The notes beneath the pieces are model-generated. The model saw nothing but the letters and a program-made list of their open reading frames with translations. It searched no databases and was not told the origin of the DNA. From a candidate division WOR-3 bacterium (GTDB lineage: Bacteria; Hydrothermota; 32-111), in contig JBBFKX010000002.1 in NCBI GenBank assembly GCA_037481815.1, positions 224,001 through 288,000 on the forward strand: 64,000 nt of DNA. The letters run 5' to 3'. This document shows, piece after piece, positions 1-9,072 of the stretch. Both the position numbers and the translations under genes were made by a program. Each line of letters opens with the position of its first letter. Position 1 is the stretch's first letter.

Positions 1-844
1 CATCTATGAAAAGTATTATTTTACCATTCGATTTAACAATCTCATCAACAAGAAGTTTTAATCTTTGCTCAAACTCGCCTCGAAACTGAGTTCCGGCAAC
101 AAGAGCACCCATATCGAGTCCCAGTATCTTTCTTGATTTTAAATTATCTGGAACATCACCTTCAACTATCTTTTGCGCGAGTCCCTCAACGATTGCGGTT
201 TTCCCTACCCCCGCTTCTCCAATAAGAACAGGATTATTTTTTGTCCTTCTTGAAAGTATCTCTATAGCTCTTTCAACCTCTTCCTCTCTTCCTATAACTG
301 GATCGAGTTTTTTCAACCTTGCAAGTTCAGTAAAATCTCTTGTGTATTTTTTCAACACATTATAGTTTTTCTCAGCATTTTCACTTGTGATCCTCTGATT
401 TCCCCTAAGATCCTGTAAAACATCATAAACTTTTTCCTTCGTGATATTGTATCTTGTGAAAATATTGTTCACTGTTTTATTTGAAATGTCAAAAAGCCCA
501 AGAAAGAGATGTTCTGAGCCAAGATATTCGTCCTTCATCCTTTCCCTTTCACGATCAGCATTATCAAAGAGTTGTTCAGTATCATAAGTGATATAAACCT
601 GATAACCACTACCATGTTCTATATAGGGAAGATTGTTTAACTCTTTATCAACATCATCGATTATACTTCTTCTGTTTATTTTCAATTCCTCTATTATCGA
701 TGGAACAATCGATTCATCACTGGCAAGGAGACCTCTTAGAATATGGAGAGGGGTGAGTTCAGTATGTTTTTTTTGTCTTAAAATTTCCTGTGCAACACCT
801 ATCGCTGATCTTGCGCCTTCAGTTAATCTATCAAAATTGATCAT
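1..844 (-). CDS. clpB: ATP-dependent Clp chaperone ClpB (ClpB/ClpC family), N-terminal part; runs off the left edge
   Basis: Not in the ORF track. Manual translation from the ATG at 844: [22 protein letters not shown]...[49 protein letters not shown]...[27 protein letters not shown] at 851-855. ClpB vs ClpC cannot be settled without the middle domain. Confidence 0.8.
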   Translation of the reverse strand, partial: MINFDRLTEGARSAIGVAQEILRQKKHTELTPLHILRGLLASDESIVPSIIEELKINRRSIIDDVDKELNNLPYIEHGSGYQVYITYDTEQLFDNADRERERMKDEYLGSEHLFLGLFDISNKTVNNIFTRYNITKEKVYDVLQDLRGNQRITSENAEKNYNVLKKYTRDFTELARLKKLDPVIGREEEVERAIEILSRRTKNNPVLIGEAGVGKTAIVEGLAQKIVEGDVPDNLKSRKILGLDMGALVAGTQFRGEFEQRLKLLVDEIVKSNGKIILFID

Positions 845-861
845 AATAAACCTCCACCAAA

Positions 862-889
862 AATATAATTCTGGCAGAGGTTCTGTCAA
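862..889 (-). promoter_or_regulatory. sigma70-type promoter of clpB
   Basis: Minus strand TTGACA (889-884), 16 nt, TATATT (867-862), just upstream of the SD. Confidence 0.6.
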
Positions 890-893
890 GATT

Positions 894-1697
894 TCATTCT
901 ACAATGTAAGGGAAAATTATTCCATAAGTTGAATATCCCACGGAATCATCTTCAAGAGTTTGTTTTGTGAAACCATCTATAAGCATTCTATATGTTTTTT
1001 TGATAAATGGAACCCTGAATGTTTGTGTATAAAGATTTTCTGAAGAGTAAACCATTTCTTTTCTTTTCAGATAAGAATGAACAAAAAACCTTGATGTTGT
1101 ATCTGTTGAAAAAACTGATAACTGTATGAGTGTTCCAGATGGAAGAGAAATTATTTCGTTCTTTCCAAAATAGGATGTATCCATTTTTATCATCGTATCG
1201 ATGATACCATCAGCGAAAATTTTTATTGAATCAATTTTAATATCTGAAGGATTTTTCGTATAAATATATGTATCGGTCATTTTAACAAGACGCCATCCGT
1301 TATGATAATCGAGGGTTGTATCTTTTTTGAAAAAACAATATTTTACGATTGTATCGATATAAGGTTTTGCGATGTGAACAGTGTCTGAATCTGAAATATA
1401 CCAGAGGTTCATATCCCCTGGGAATATGATTTTAACAGTTGCATAAGCAGAATCACCGATAACATCAATATCAATATCATAACTTATACTGTCATCTTCC
1501 GACTTTGTTCTATACCAGAGGAATGGTTCTATCTGTGTTTTTACTTCAGTCGTCTCCTCATCAGCATCGTAGGTTAAAAAAATTATATCCTGCAAGGAAT
1601 ATATCAGATCATCAATGGATGCCTCATCACTTTTTTTGTTGAGAGCACAGGAAAGAAAAAGCATTATCATTAGAAGAAAAAGAAAAAATTTTTTCAT
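894..1697 (-). CDS. hypothetical lipoprotein
   Basis: 267-aa ORF with MKK, a hydrophobic stretch and a lipobox-like FLSC; SD upstream; overlaps the upstream stop. Confidence 0.7.
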   Translation of the reverse strand: MKKFFLFLLMIMLFLSCALNKKSDEASIDDLIYSLQDIIFLTYDADEETTEVKTQIEPFLWYRTKSEDDSISYDIDIDVIGDSAYATVKIIFPGDMNLWYISDSDTVHIAKPYIDTIVKYCFFKKDTTLDYHNGWRLVKMTDTYIYTKNPSDIKIDSIKIFADGIIDTMIKMDTSYFGKNEIISLPSGTLIQLSVFSTDTTSRFFVHSYLKRKEMVYSSENLYTQTFRVPFIKKTYRMLIDGFTKQTLEDDSVGYSTYGIIFPYIVE

Positions 1698-2209
1698 AAC
1701 CTCTCCTTTTTTAAATTTTTTAAAAATATTCTTTCACCAATAAAGAACTCCTTTGCGATATCACTTTTATAATCAGGATAAGTCCAGTCAAGATACTTTA
1801 TTCCGTCTTTCGTGAAAATGAATGTAACCTCACAATAGATCCCTTCTCCAAGGTATATCCTGTGGGAATAATTTTTTGTCGTCAGAAGTTGAACATTGTT
1901 TAAAGTTATAACACCTGGATCTATATTTATCTTTCTTTTACCATCAATTCTGAATCTGTTTTCTATATCTATTGAAATCTTTTTCTTTTCAAAAAATGAC
2001 TCAAGTCCTATAGGTTCATCAAAAGATATCCATTCACGGATAACATGTTCTCCTATCTCATCATCATAATAATGGGAAAAATCTGAAAACTCCAGGGTTT
2101 TCGAAAAATTTTTTATTTCTCCAAAAGCATCCCTTATATCTGATAACGCTTTATACCTTATACTCGTATCACTGTAAAGTAAACCACAGAAAAGAATATT
2201 GTTTTCCAT
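1694..2209 (-). CDS. DUF4416 family protein
   Basis: Motifs YYDDEIG, KINIDPG, TTKNYSHRIYLGEGIY, WTYPDY; ATG at 2209 overlaps the pilD stop (TGATG). Confidence 0.75.
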   Translation of the reverse strand: MENNILFCGLLYSDTSIRYKALSDIRDAFGEIKNFSKTLEFSDFSHYYDDEIGEHVIREWISFDEPIGLESFFEKKKISIDIENRFRIDGKRKINIDPGVITLNNVQLLTTKNYSHRIYLGEGIYCEVTFIFTKDGIKYLDWTYPDYKSDIAKEFFIGERIFLKNLKKERL

Positions 2210-2991
2210 CAATACAACTTTTTTAAAATGTCAAAAAGAAAAAATACGATAAAGGAAGACAATGAAAGAAAAGGAACAAACGGAATCTCTGGATCAGATC
2301 TTTTTCTATAATAAAAAAAGTAAGCAATAAGTCCTAAAACTCCCGCTATTATAAAAACATAAAAAATCAAAGGATAACCGATAAAAAGACCTATAAAAGA
2401 TGAAACATAAATATCTCCTTCTCCCATCCCTTCCTTTTTCATGACTTTTGAAGCAAGAAATCTCACGACAAAAATAAATAAACCACCAACAAAACCTCCA
2501 ATTATCGATTCTTTGAAATCGAGAAACGGCAGTTTGAAAACTTCACTCTCACCTGTAACACTCAAAAGAAAGATTGAAACATATAATAAATAGATTATCA
2601 CAGGTATAACAAAAACAGGAACGAATACATTTTTTGTTTTTAGATCTATGAACGAACTTACAAGAAGTGTTGAAAAGAGCACGATGTAAACTATCGATAA
2701 AAGGTTGAATCCAACCTTTATGAAAATTAAAAGGAAGATCAGACCAGTAAGAAGTTCAACTATTGGATAAATTATGCTTATCTTTGTCTTACAATGCCTG
2801 CATTTCCCTTTGAGTATTATATATGAAAAAAGCGGTATATTGTCGTACCATTTTATACTCGTTTTACAAACAGGACAAAATGATGACGGTAGCACTATAG
2901 ATCTTTTTTCTGGAATTCTGTAGATCAGAACATTGAAAAAAGAACCAAAAACAAGACCGAATATGAAAACCATAATATAGTAAAATATCAT
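2209..2991 (-). CDS. pilD: prepilin peptidase / N-methyltransferase (A24 family)
   Basis: GSFFNVLIYRIP, CPVC...CRHC Zn motif, WYDNIPLFSY, SFID, GMGEGD, IPFVPFL. Confidence 0.93.
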   Translation of the reverse strand: MIFYYIMVFIFGLVFGSFFNVLIYRIPEKRSIVLPSSFCPVCKTSIKWYDNIPLFSYIILKGKCRHCKTKISIIYPIVELLTGLIFLLIFIKVGFNLLSIVYIVLFSTLLVSSFIDLKTKNVFVPVFVIPVIIYLLYVSIFLLSVTGESEVFKLPFLDFKESIIGGFVGGLFIFVVRFLASKVMKKEGMGEGDIYVSSFIGLFIGYPLIFYVFIIAGVLGLIAYFFYYRKRSDPEIPFVPFLSLSSFIVFFLFDILKKLY

Positions 2992-3770
2992 TCTTTCTCC
3001 CTTACTATGACTGTATCTTCAAAAATTTTCACTGCAATTCCAAAAGGTAAAAAATCAAGTTTTTTCATTTCACCTTTCAGGTAAACATAGATATTTTCCT
3101 TATTCTCTTTTAAAACTCTGTTGAAGTGTTCCATCAACAGTACTATTATATTATATTTTGCTCCATCTTTCTGATACCTGTTATCGGTGTTGTTGTAGAT
3201 TTCACTCCATAATTTAACTGCTGTGATATAATCACCTTCCTTCTTTTTAGAAGCGGCTGCAAATGTTTTACAAAAATATGGTGCATCCTTTTTAGTTGAA
3301 CTGAAAAGAAACCATCTGTACGCTTTTTCATAATCTTTCAGATAGATGTAATACAAAAAACCTTTAACAAAAGGACTTTCCCATCTTTCAGGTAAATTTA
3401 TCATCCCTTTATCAAGAAGTTTAAATCCAAGATCTGGTCTTTTCTGATCATAGGTTACAACGGTTCCACCAAAAGTATAACATTGTAAAAAATTCGAATC
3501 AAGATCTGTTATCACATCAAAAAGTTTATATAAAAATTGAAGATTTTTATCTGTCAACATATGTTGACCATAATATTGAACCGTCTGAAACCACATCAGA
3601 TTCGTGAAAGTTGTTTTATAATCAAGGGATATATCTTTTATAAATTTTCCCGAAGGGAAATACAAAAGTTCATTTTCAAATTTTTTCTTATTTTCAGGTA
3701 AATTTTGAAGAATGTTTGCAAAAAATGTTATGAGCAAAAAGAGAAGAAAAATTTTAAAAAATACTCTCAT
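2988..3770 (-). CDS. membrane-anchored TPR-like pilus accessory protein (PilG/XapA-like)
   Basis: N-terminal TM segment; helical repeats (WFQTVQYYG, ITDLDSNF, LLDKG...P.RW...GFLYY..LKDYEKA); lies between the ABC permease and pilD. Confidence 0.55.
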   Translation of the reverse strand: MRVFFKIFLLFLLITFFANILQNLPENKKKFENELLYFPSGKFIKDISLDYKTTFTNLMWFQTVQYYGQHMLTDKNLQFLYKLFDVITDLDSNFLQCYTFGGTVVTYDQKRPDLGFKLLDKGMINLPERWESPFVKGFLYYIYLKDYEKAYRWFLFSSTKKDAPYFCKTFAAASKKKEGDYITAVKLWSEIYNNTDNRYQKDGAKYNIIVLLMEHFNRVLKENKENIYVYLKGEMKKLDFLPFGIAVKIFEDTVIVREKE

Positions 3771-4537
3771 AGAAATTCTTTTTTTCTAAAAATTAAAGTT
3801 GAAGCATATAAGAGTAAACATGTATAGATAAAAGTATAGGTGACTGAAAATATGATAAAATTCAACGATACAGGTATATTGTTAACTGCATAAACTTTGA
3901 TATCAAGGTAGTAAAAGTTTGGAATAACAAGCATTATAAATTTGAGAAAAGTTTTTAGGATAAAAGTTGGCGCTTTCTGGATCAAATATGATAAGTTGTT
4001 TACAAAGAAACCAGCGATATAAGTAAAAAATGTGAATATAGAAGAAAGAACAGGTGTTGAGAATGTTGAATAGAATATCGCAATCGCTGAAAGAAGAATC
4101 GATTGCAGGAATATGTTGATTATTGAATAAAGAAGAGTGATGTTAAAAGTGATCTTATTTATCAAAAGAATAAATATAAAAAACACAGATGTGATAAAAG
4201 TGAAACAAAAAATTATCGAAAACAGTCCAAAGAATTTTCCTAAAACTATTTCATCCCGTGAAACAGGTTTTGTTATAAGAATAAATATCGTTTTCTTTTC
4301 GATTTCCTGAAATATCAACCTTGTTCCAGAAAAAAAGATTATGAACAATGAAAAGAGAGAGATCGTTGAAAGACCACTATCTTTAACAAGTCGATTCAAT
4401 TCACCCAGCGCTAAAGGATTTAAGGTTAACGAAAGAATTATGACAAGGAAAGATAATGAAAGGGAAAAAATTATTATTCGATGTCTTACCGATTCTTTAA
4501 AAACTATCGTTGATATAGAAAATATGTTTTTCATCAT
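3767..4537 (-). CDS. ABC-2 type permease (PilI-like)
   Basis: Multi-TM protein with EIEKKTIFILITKPVSRDEIVLGKF and C-terminal FRKKEF; coupled to the ABC ATPase. Confidence 0.85.
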   Translation of the reverse strand: MMKNIFSISTIVFKESVRHRIIIFSLSLSFLVIILSLTLNPLALGELNRLVKDSGLSTISLFSLFIIFFSGTRLIFQEIEKKTIFILITKPVSRDEIVLGKFFGLFSIIFCFTFITSVFFIFILLINKITFNITLLYSIINIFLQSILLSAIAIFYSTFSTPVLSSIFTFFTYIAGFFVNNLSYLIQKAPTFILKTFLKFIMLVIPNFYYLDIKVYAVNNIPVSLNFIIFSVTYTFIYTCLLLYASTLIFRKKEFL

Positions 4538-5460
4538 CTCTCCATAAGTTTCATAAAATAATCTTCAAGAGAAAACTCTCTTGGAATAAAGGAAACTATT
4601 TTACCACCATTTTCATTTACAATCTTCACAATTTCTGAAGCAACATCTTCTTTTTCAATTGTGATAAAAACTTTTTTTTCATGAATAGAGAAAAATTTAG
4701 AGATCTCTTTAAACTTTTTAATTTTTTCAAGAATTTTTTCGTTTGAAAATATTTCAATATCGATCTCTTTGATTTCCCGCTTTATGATCTCATGAACATA
4801 ACCTGTTCCAACTATCTCTCCTTTGTTGATCACACAAACTTTGTCGGCGATCATTTCAATATCGGGGAGAATGTGCGTAGAAAATATGACTGTCTTGCCT
4901 CTTTTTTTCGCTGTCAGTATTATATCTTTAATATCTTTTCTTCCTATAGGATCAAGTCCTGACATCGGTTCATCGAGTATCAGAAGTTGTGGATCGTTTA
5001 TCAGAGCAACAGCAATTCCAAGACGCTGAACCATACCTTTTGAAAAAGTTCCAACTTTTGAATTCATGCTATTTTCAAGTCCAACAAGTGAAATCAAAGT
5101 TTTAATCCTGTCAGATAAAATCTGTTTTTTAATGTTAAACAATGTACCAATATGTTCAAGTGTCTCATACGCAGTTAAAAAAGGATAGAATGATGGATTT
5201 TCAGGCAGAAATCCAATCTTTTCTCTGACACTTTTTTCAAAAATGTTTTTTCCAAATATTGAAACTGTTCCTTCTGTTGGTTTTAAAATTCCCATGATGA
5301 TTTTTAAAGTTGTTGACTTCCCCGCACCGTTTGGACCAAGAAATCCAAAAATTTCATTATCAAGAACATCAAAACTGATACCTTTTAAAGCAAGAAAAGT
5401 TTTGAATGGGAACTGTGTTTTATAAATCTTTTTTACATTTGAAATTTCTAAAATTTTCAT
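4534..5460 (-). CDS. ABC transporter ATP-binding protein (PilH-like)
   Basis: Walker A GPNGAGKST, signature FSKGMVQR, Walker B LILDEP, H-loop STH. Confidence 0.92.
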   Translation of the reverse strand: MKILEISNVKKIYKTQFPFKTFLALKGISFDVLDNEIFGFLGPNGAGKSTTLKIIMGILKPTEGTVSIFGKNIFEKSVREKIGFLPENPSFYPFLTAYETLEHIGTLFNIKKQILSDRIKTLISLVGLENSMNSKVGTFSKGMVQRLGIAVALINDPQLLILDEPMSGLDPIGRKDIKDIILTAKKRGKTVIFSTHILPDIEMIADKVCVINKGEIVGTGYVHEIIKREIKEIDIEIFSNEKILEKIKKFKEISKFFSIHEKKVFITIEKEDVASEIVKIVNENGGKIVSFIPREFSLEDYFMKLMER

Positions 5461-5476
5461 ATTTTTTATTATAGCA
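5461..5476 (-). promoter_or_regulatory. extended -10 promoter, probably leaderless, for the pilH-like operon
   Basis: Minus strand TGcTATAAT (5476-5468), 7 nt, then ATG; no SD. Confidence 0.55.
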
Positions 5477-5504
5477 AAAAAAAGGGGCTTTGAAAAGCCC
5501 CTTT
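5476..5504 (-). terminator. intrinsic terminator after the major pilin gene
   Basis: AAAGGGGCTT-TGAA-AAGCCCCTTT hairpin at 5481-5504 with an 8-T run on the minus strand. Confidence 0.88.
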
Positions 5505-5527
5505 ATACAAAGTTAAAAAATTAATTT

Positions 5528-5950
5528 TTACTCTGTTGTTCCAGGTGTTAAAATAAGATCAACCAAAGTATCTTTTCCAAAACCTGTTATCTTGTAATCC
5601 TGTCCTGCTGCTGCTCCACCATCAGGGTTTGGTGTTTCATAACCAACAATACCCTGTGCATTAGCTTCAGCTAACCAAACATATGCTCCCCCATCACCTA
5701 CTGCCTGTGTATATGGATTTTTGAAGTTCTGTGGGAGGTAACTTGCTGTAACATCTGTCTGTGGATAAACACCACCTGAATCTACAGAAATTGTCTCAAT
5801 TGCAACCTGGAAAGTGTGCATGTTTGCTTTGACTGAAGATATTTTTGCTTTGTCAATGATCTGAACAAAGTTTGGTATCGCTATTGCAGCAAGAATACCA
5901 ATGATGACCACGACGATCATGAGTTCGATAAGTGTAAAACCTTTTTTCAT
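5528..5950 (-). CDS. pilA: type IVa pilin, likely the major pilin (PilA1)
   Basis: Class III signal MKKG|FTLIELMIVVVIIGILAAIAIPNF with E5; strong AGGAGG SD; own terminator. Confidence 0.92.
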   Translation of the reverse strand: MKKGFTLIELMIVVVIIGILAAIAIPNFVQIIDKAKISSVKANMHTFQVAIETISVDSGGVYPQTDVTASYLPQNFKNPYTQAVGDGGAYVWLAEANAQGIVGYETPNPDGGAAAGQDYKITGFGKDTLVDLILTPGTTE

Positions 5951-5983
5951 TTTTCCTCCTTGTTTTAGGTTTACTTATCTTGT

Positions 5984-6001
5984 AAACAAATTTTATACCA
6001 A
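5984..6001 (-). promoter_or_regulatory. sigma54-type -24/-12 promoter of pilA1 (variant GT at -12)
   Basis: Minus strand TTGGTATAAAATTTGTTT: GG (5999-5998), N10, GT (5987-5986). A PilR-type activator is encoded nearby. Confidence 0.55.
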
Positions 6002-6050
6002 ATCTAACTTTCAATTTTTTATTGATTTATTAAAAACTCAAAGAACAAAA

Positions 6051-6069
6051 CTTTTGCATTTTGCAAAAA
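6051..6069. promoter_or_regulatory. palindromic upstream activator site, copy 1 (candidate PilR site)
   Basis: CTTTTGCATTTTGCAAAAA, containing TTTTGCA-N3-TGCAAAA; identical copy at 6550-6568. Confidence 0.7.
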
Positions 6070-6471
6070 TCAAAAAAGATGTGTAGCTGGTGTCAATTCA
6101 AGTAAAGTTGAATCGGTATCTTTCCCATAACCAGTAATTCTATAAAAATCAAAAGAACCTTCATATTCAACAACACCTTCAATATTAGTTTCCTCCGCAT
6201 TCTGTATCGCAGGTGAAAGATTACTGTAAGGATTTTTGAAATTCTGTGGTAAAGCATCAACAAAACCTTCAATGTTTGGGAAATATTCAAGATATGTTTT
6301 TTCTGCTGCCTTTGTCTCAACTGTCATCTGAGTTGTATGCATATTTGATACTACACTTGCTGCCTTTGCCCTGTCAACTAGTTTATAAAAATTGGGGATT
6401 GCAATCGCTGTTAATATACCTATTATTACAACAACGATCATCAGTTCAATAAGCGTAAAACCTTTTTTCAT
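6070..6471 (-). CDS. pilA: type IVa pilin paralog (PilA2)
   Basis: MKKG|FTLIELMIVVVIIGILTAIAIPNF; shares NMHT.Q, LPQNFKNPY and ITG.GKDT blocks with PilA1. Confidence 0.9.
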   Translation of the reverse strand: MKKGFTLIELMIVVVIIGILTAIAIPNFYKLVDRAKAASVVSNMHTTQMTVETKAAEKTYLEYFPNIEGFVDALPQNFKNPYSNLSPAIQNAEETNIEGVVEYEGSFDFYRITGYGKDTDSTLLELTPATHLF

Positions 6472-6482
6472 ACAAAAAATAT

Positions 6483-6500
6483 AAGCAAAAAATATTCCAA
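6483..6500 (-). promoter_or_regulatory. sigma54 -24/-12 promoter of pilA2
   Basis: Minus strand TTGGAATATTTTTTGCTT: GG (6498-6497), N10, GC (6486-6485); ATG follows 13 nt later with no SD. Confidence 0.7.
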
Positions 6501-6549
6501 AGATAAGTTATTATTTTTTAATATTTAAATAAAATTCGAAAAGATTTTC

Positions 6550-6568
6550 CTTTTGCATTTTGCAAAAA
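6550..6568. promoter_or_regulatory. palindromic upstream activator site, copy 2 (candidate PilR site)
   Basis: CTTTTGCATTTTGCAAAAA, same offset from the -24 GG as copy 1. Confidence 0.7.
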
Positions 6569-6617
6569 AGTAAAAAATTTTTCTTTCTTTTTTTTCTTTT
6601 AATGTTATAATTTGTTT

Positions 6618-7733
6618 ATGAAAAAAATTTTACTCATGACATTTTCTAATATAAAATCGGATTCCAGAGTTTTAAGATACATTAAATCTTTCGATGAAAC
6701 TTACACTGTTTATCTTATCGGTAATGGAGATTTTTTGCCTGAAAACAAAAATCTTATCTATATCAACATAAATTATAAATCAAGAAGGAAAAACAAGTCG
6801 ATTTTTGAGTTTTTGTATTACAATTTCTATTTGAAATTTAAAGCATTTGTACTTATAAAACTCATCAAGCCAGATTTTATACATTCAAACGATTTTGAAA
6901 CATTTCTTCCATCATATCTTGCATTTTTGAATAAAAAAAATAAACTGATATATGATTCACATGAGATCTGGTGTGAAAGAGCAGGTGTAAAGAAGAATAT
7001 TATTATAAAAATTCTCAATTATTTTGAATATTTGCTTGAAAAATCTTTTACAAAAAAGATCAGGTATTTTATTACAGTTTCTGATTCGATCAAACTTTAT
7101 TTTGAAAAAAGATATAAAATCAAAAATCTTTATGTTATCAGAAATGTCCCAACTTTTTTTGATAACAACGAGATTGAAAAAAATATTCTTGATTCTGTTA
7201 AAGATGAGAAAAGGTTGAAATTTGTTTATATCGGTCCATTATCTTATGAACGGAATATTCCTTTTTTGATAGGTATCTTTAAAGATTTTGAAAACGATTT
7301 TCATTTAACTTTAATCGGGAAAAATTTTTTAAAATTACCAGATTACCAAAATATAAAAATTTTTGATAACATAGATGAAAATAAAGTAATTCCAACTTTA
7401 AAGTTTTTCGATATCGGTGTTCATCCTTTAAAACTTGATAACCTAAATCATAAATTTTCTTTACCGAACAAAATTTTTCAATATATGGCATCATCCCTTG
7501 CATTGTTCGTTTATGAAAATCCCGAAACTTTAAAAATTATAGAAAAATATAAAAATGGTTTCACTGCCGATTTTTCAGATCATAAAAATGTTGCTGAAAG
7601 ATTGAAACTCTTCCAGAAGACAGACATCAAAAGAATGAAGGAAAATTCATATAGAGGTTTTTTAGAAGAGTACAACTGGGATAACGAAAAAAAGGTTTAC
7701 CAGAAGATACTTAAAAAAATTACAAATCTTTAA
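6618..7733 (+). CDS. glycosyltransferase, GT4/GT-B family
   Basis: DSRV, PDFIHSND, YDSHE, VYIG.L...R, PNKIFQYMAS motifs. ATG at 6618 preferred over TTG at 6612 because TGtTATAAT (6603-6611) lies 6 nt upstream. Confidence 0.85.
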   Translation: MKKILLMTFSNIKSDSRVLRYIKSFDETYTVYLIGNGDFLPENKNLIYININYKSRRKNKSIFEFLYYNFYLKFKAFVLIKLIKPDFIHSNDFETFLPSYLAFLNKKNKLIYDSHEIWCERAGVKKNIIIKILNYFEYLLEKSFTKKIRYFITVSDSIKLYFEKRYKIKNLYVIRNVPTFFDNNEIEKNILDSVKDEKRLKFVYIGPLSYERNIPFLIGIFKDFENDFHLTLIGKNFLKLPDYQNIKIFDNIDENKVIPTLKFFDIGVHPLKLDNLNHKFSLPNKIFQYMASSLALFVYENPETLKIIEKYKNGFTADFSDHKNVAERLKLFQKTDIKRMKENSYRGFLEEYNWDNEKKVYQKILKKITNL

Positions 7734-9072
7734 TATTGTAATATCTGATTTTTCTATAAAGAGTTGATAGATTTATTCCAAGTGCCACACTTGCCTGTTT
7801 TTTATCGTAGTTAAAATATTTTAAAGTATCCTCAATAAGTTTTTTTTCAACATCTTCGATTTTCTGTGGAACAAAAACTGCCTGATCGGTTTGAACTTTT
7901 AAACTCGAAAGTAGTGGAATATCCGATTTTTTTATTTCAAAATTATCTTTTATCACTATTATCCTTTCAACTATATTCATAAGTTCTCTTACATTACCAG
8001 GCCAGGAATATTCGGTTAAAACATTATAAACTTCCGGGTCAACCTTTTTTATAGTTTTGCCCATCTTTTTTGAATAGTAGTCAACATAGTAATCAAAAAT
8101 CTTTGGAATATCTTTCTTCCTTTCTCTTAAAGGCGGAAGATCTATCCTTACAACATTCAACCTGTAAAAAAGATCCAATCTGAATCTATTATTTTTTACT
8201 TCTTCATCTATATTTTTATTGGTTGCTGATATTATTCTGACATCAACAGGTATCGGTTCTGTTGAACCAACTGGAACAACCTCTTTTTCCTGTAAAACTC
8301 TCAGAAGTTTTGCCTGAAGAACAAAGTCCATCTCAGATATCTCGTCTAGAAAAAGTGTTCCCATATCAGCGACCTTGATTAGTCCATCCTTATTCGTGTA
8401 TGCACCTGTAAAAGCACCTTTTTTGTAACCGAAAAGTTCACTTTCTATAAGATTCGGATTCAATGCAGCACAGTTGAAAGAAACAAAGTTTTTGTCTCTT
8501 CTTTTTGAGTTGTTGTGTATCATCCTTGCGATCAACTCTTTTCCTGTTCCACTCTCTCCAGTTATCAGAACCGTTGAGTCAGTTTTTGAAATATCGTTTA
8601 AGTTCTTTAAAATAATTTTGATCTTTTCATCCTCTCCAATAAAATCTGATGGTATTTGAAAATTTTCCCTTTCTTTAAGATAGATGTAGTTTAACTTCTC
8701 ATCCCTATTCTTCAAAGCCCTATCCACAATCTCGACAAGATAATCAGAATCCTCAACCTTTTCGAGAAAATCGAAAGCACCATTTCTGAGAGCATCGAGC
8801 AAAAGTTCCTGTGTTTTTCCAAATGCGGTTATAAGGATAACATTGACGATTGGATCTATCTCCCTTAGCCGTTTTAAAAGTTCTATTCCCGACATCTCTT
8901 TCATCTTTATATCAGATATCACAAGATCGATGTTCTCGTTTTTGAATTTTTCCAAAGCATCCTCGGGGCTTGTTGTAAATGTGGTTTTGTATCCCAAATT
9001 TTTTAGTTTGTAATCAAGAACTTTACATCTGTTCAGATCATCATCAACTATAAGAATATGATACTTATTCAA
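7720..9072 (-). CDS. pilR: sigma54-dependent response regulator (NtrC family, PilR-like)
   Basis: Receiver domain (ILIVDDD, SDIKM), GESGTGKE, GAFTGA, FLDEI, WPGNVREL, C-terminal HTH LGINLSTLYRK; located in the pil locus. Confidence 0.85.
   Translation of the reverse strand: MNKYHILIVDDDLNRCKVLDYKLKNLGYKTTFTTSPEDALEKFKNENIDLVISDIKMKEMSGIELLKRLREIDPIVNVILITAFGKTQELLLDALRNGAFDFLEKVEDSDYLVEIVDRALKNRDEKLNYIYLKERENFQIPSDFIGEDEKIKIILKNLNDISKTDSTVLITGESGTGKELIARMIHNNSKRRDKNFVSFNCAALNPNLIESELFGYKKGAFTGAYTNKDGLIKVADMGTLFLDEISEMDFVLQAKLLRVLQEKEVVPVGSTEPIPVDVRIISATNKNIDEEVKNNRFRLDLFYRLNVVRIDLPPLRERKKDIPKIFDYYVDYYSKKMGKTIKKVDPEVYNVLTEYSWPGNVRELMNIVERIIVIKDNFEIKKSDIPLLSSLKVQTDQAVFVPQKIEDVEKKLIEDTLKYFNYDKKQASVALGINLSTLYRKIRYYNIKDL

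Noticed and set aside
845..893. CIRCE/HrcA or CtsR operator upstream of clpB
   Set aside because: Neither TTAGCACTC-N9-GAGTGCTAA nor a clear tandem GTCAA repeat is present.
5528..6471. Electrically conductive (Geobacter-type) e-pilins
   Set aside because: Both are full-length pilins and lack an aromatic residue at mature position 27 (I and L). Locus similarity alone does not support conductivity.
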